Origin: an uncultured delta proteobacterium
GTDB lineage: Bacteria > Myxococcota_A > Polyangia > Polyangiales > Polyangiaceae
DNA length: 64,000 bases
Assembly (NCBI GenBank): GCA_963806225.1
Contig: CAWDXG010000004.1
Location: 1,664,001 to 1,728,000, forward strand
Direction of reading: 5' to 3'
Shown here: positions 63,179 through 64,000 of the stretch, one piece after another
Layout: the number at the start of each line of letters is the position of its first letter
How positions within the stretch are numbered: the stretch's first letter is position 1
Translations under genes and position numbers: made by a program
Notes under the pieces: generated by a model
What the model saw: the letters and a program-made list of their open reading frames with translations, nothing else
What the model was told of the DNA's origin: nothing
Databases searched by the model: none

Positions 63179-64000
63179 CTAGTCGAGATCGCGGTCGGCG
63201 AGGTCGAGCAGTACGGGGCAGTGGTCGCTCAGCCGTGCGTACGCCGCAGGCATGCTCTTCGCGGGCAGGCGACTGCACGACGCCGCCGCGCAATAGCCCG
63301 CGACGACCGCATGCGTGCCGCTCGGGATCTCGCGGAGCGAGCGGGTCGCCAGGAAGTGATCGAGCAGACCGCCGTGTCCGCGGTAGTACTCCGAGCAGCC
63401 ACCGTCCGTGCCGACCTCCGTGAACGCCGGCGACAGCGCCGCCGCGGCGCGGCCGAGCTCTTTCGTCTCGTCGGGCGCGGCCACGGGTGGCGAGCAGTGC
63501 GGGCAGCCCATGGTGTTGAAGTCGCCGGCGAGCAGCACGTCGCGGTCGGCCTCTTCGCCTTGCGCCTCGCGGTACGCCGCCGCGATGCCGGCGATGGAGC
63601 GGCGTCTGAGATCGATGGAGCGCTGGCCGTCACCGCTCTTCAGGTGCACCGCGATCACATGCAGGTCGAGGCCGCCCTTGAAGCGGAAGTAGCCGCCGAG
63701 CCCCGGCCGGATCAGATCCTTGCACGCCTCCCCATACGGATTCAGCGCCGCGAACGTGTGGAAGTCGGCCGCGTTCACCCGCGCCGAATTGTAGAGCAGC
63801 CCCACGTGCTGGGCGGCTTCGTCGGGGCAGTCGTCGAAGCGCGCACGCCAACGCCCGTGGGTCAGCCGGTCGAGCCGCGTCAAGAGCTCGCCCATGCGGG
63901 CCCGGGCGGCGGGGTAGCGCTTGATCTCCTGCACCGCGAGCACGTCGACGTCGAGCCAGGCGATACCGCACGAAAGCCACGCGAGATCCGTCCCCGGGCC
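63179..64000 (-). CDS. Endonuclease/exonuclease/phosphatase family protein (5' end outside window)
   Basis: DVLAVQEI, HLKS, AGDFN, LDH, SDHCPV. Confidence 0.88.
   Translation of the reverse strand, partial: GPGTDLAWLSCGIAWLDVDVLAVQEIKRYPAARARMGELLTRLDRLTHGRWRARFDDCPDEAAQHVGLLYNSARVNAADFHTFAALNPYGEACKDLIRPGLGGYFRFKGGLDLHVIAVHLKSGDGQRSIDLRRRSIAGIAAAYREAQGEEADRDVLLAGDFNTMGCPHCSPPVAAPDETKELGRAAAALSPAFTEVGTDGGCSEYYRGHGGLLDHFLATRSLREIPSGTHAVVAGYCAAASCSRLPAKSMPAAYARLSDHCPVLLDLADRDLD

Overview
GC-rich window of a myxobacterial-type genome (Polyangiaceae-like, inferred from gene content: Ser/Thr kinases, FHA-GGDEF proteins, Gly-rich lipoproteins, sigma-54 promoters). Many conserved genes, including metK, are split by single-base frameshifts, most likely uncorrected long-read indels. 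Recognisable genes: metK, glnB-glnA, ruvB, two L,D-transpeptidases, two histidine kinases, two Ser/Thr kinases, two FHA-GGDEF proteins, a REC-EAL protein, a class III cyclase, an acyl-CoA dehydrogenase, a GH36 glycosidase, a persulfide-dioxygenase-like MBL hydrolase, a FadL-like transporter, MscS, EVE, NUDIX and EEP proteins. There are two accessory patches: about 20.5-23.2 kb (AbiEii-type pair, aminotransferase 3' fragment, IS91-like remnant) and about 35.6-41.9 kb (VapC remnant, secreted trypsin-like protease cluster, palindromic 51-bp array). The most striking observation is a 2.3-kb gap without credible ORFs (51847-54195). Its minus strand looks like a ~1.3-1.5 kb structured non-coding RNA made of two homologous ~500-600 nt pseudoknotted domains with compensatory base changes, many GNRA-capped hairpins and its own intrinsic terminator; I cannot assign it to a known RNA class. 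Next to it is an AT-rich element with DnaA-box-like motifs. A covarying SAH-riboswitch-like leader precedes metK.
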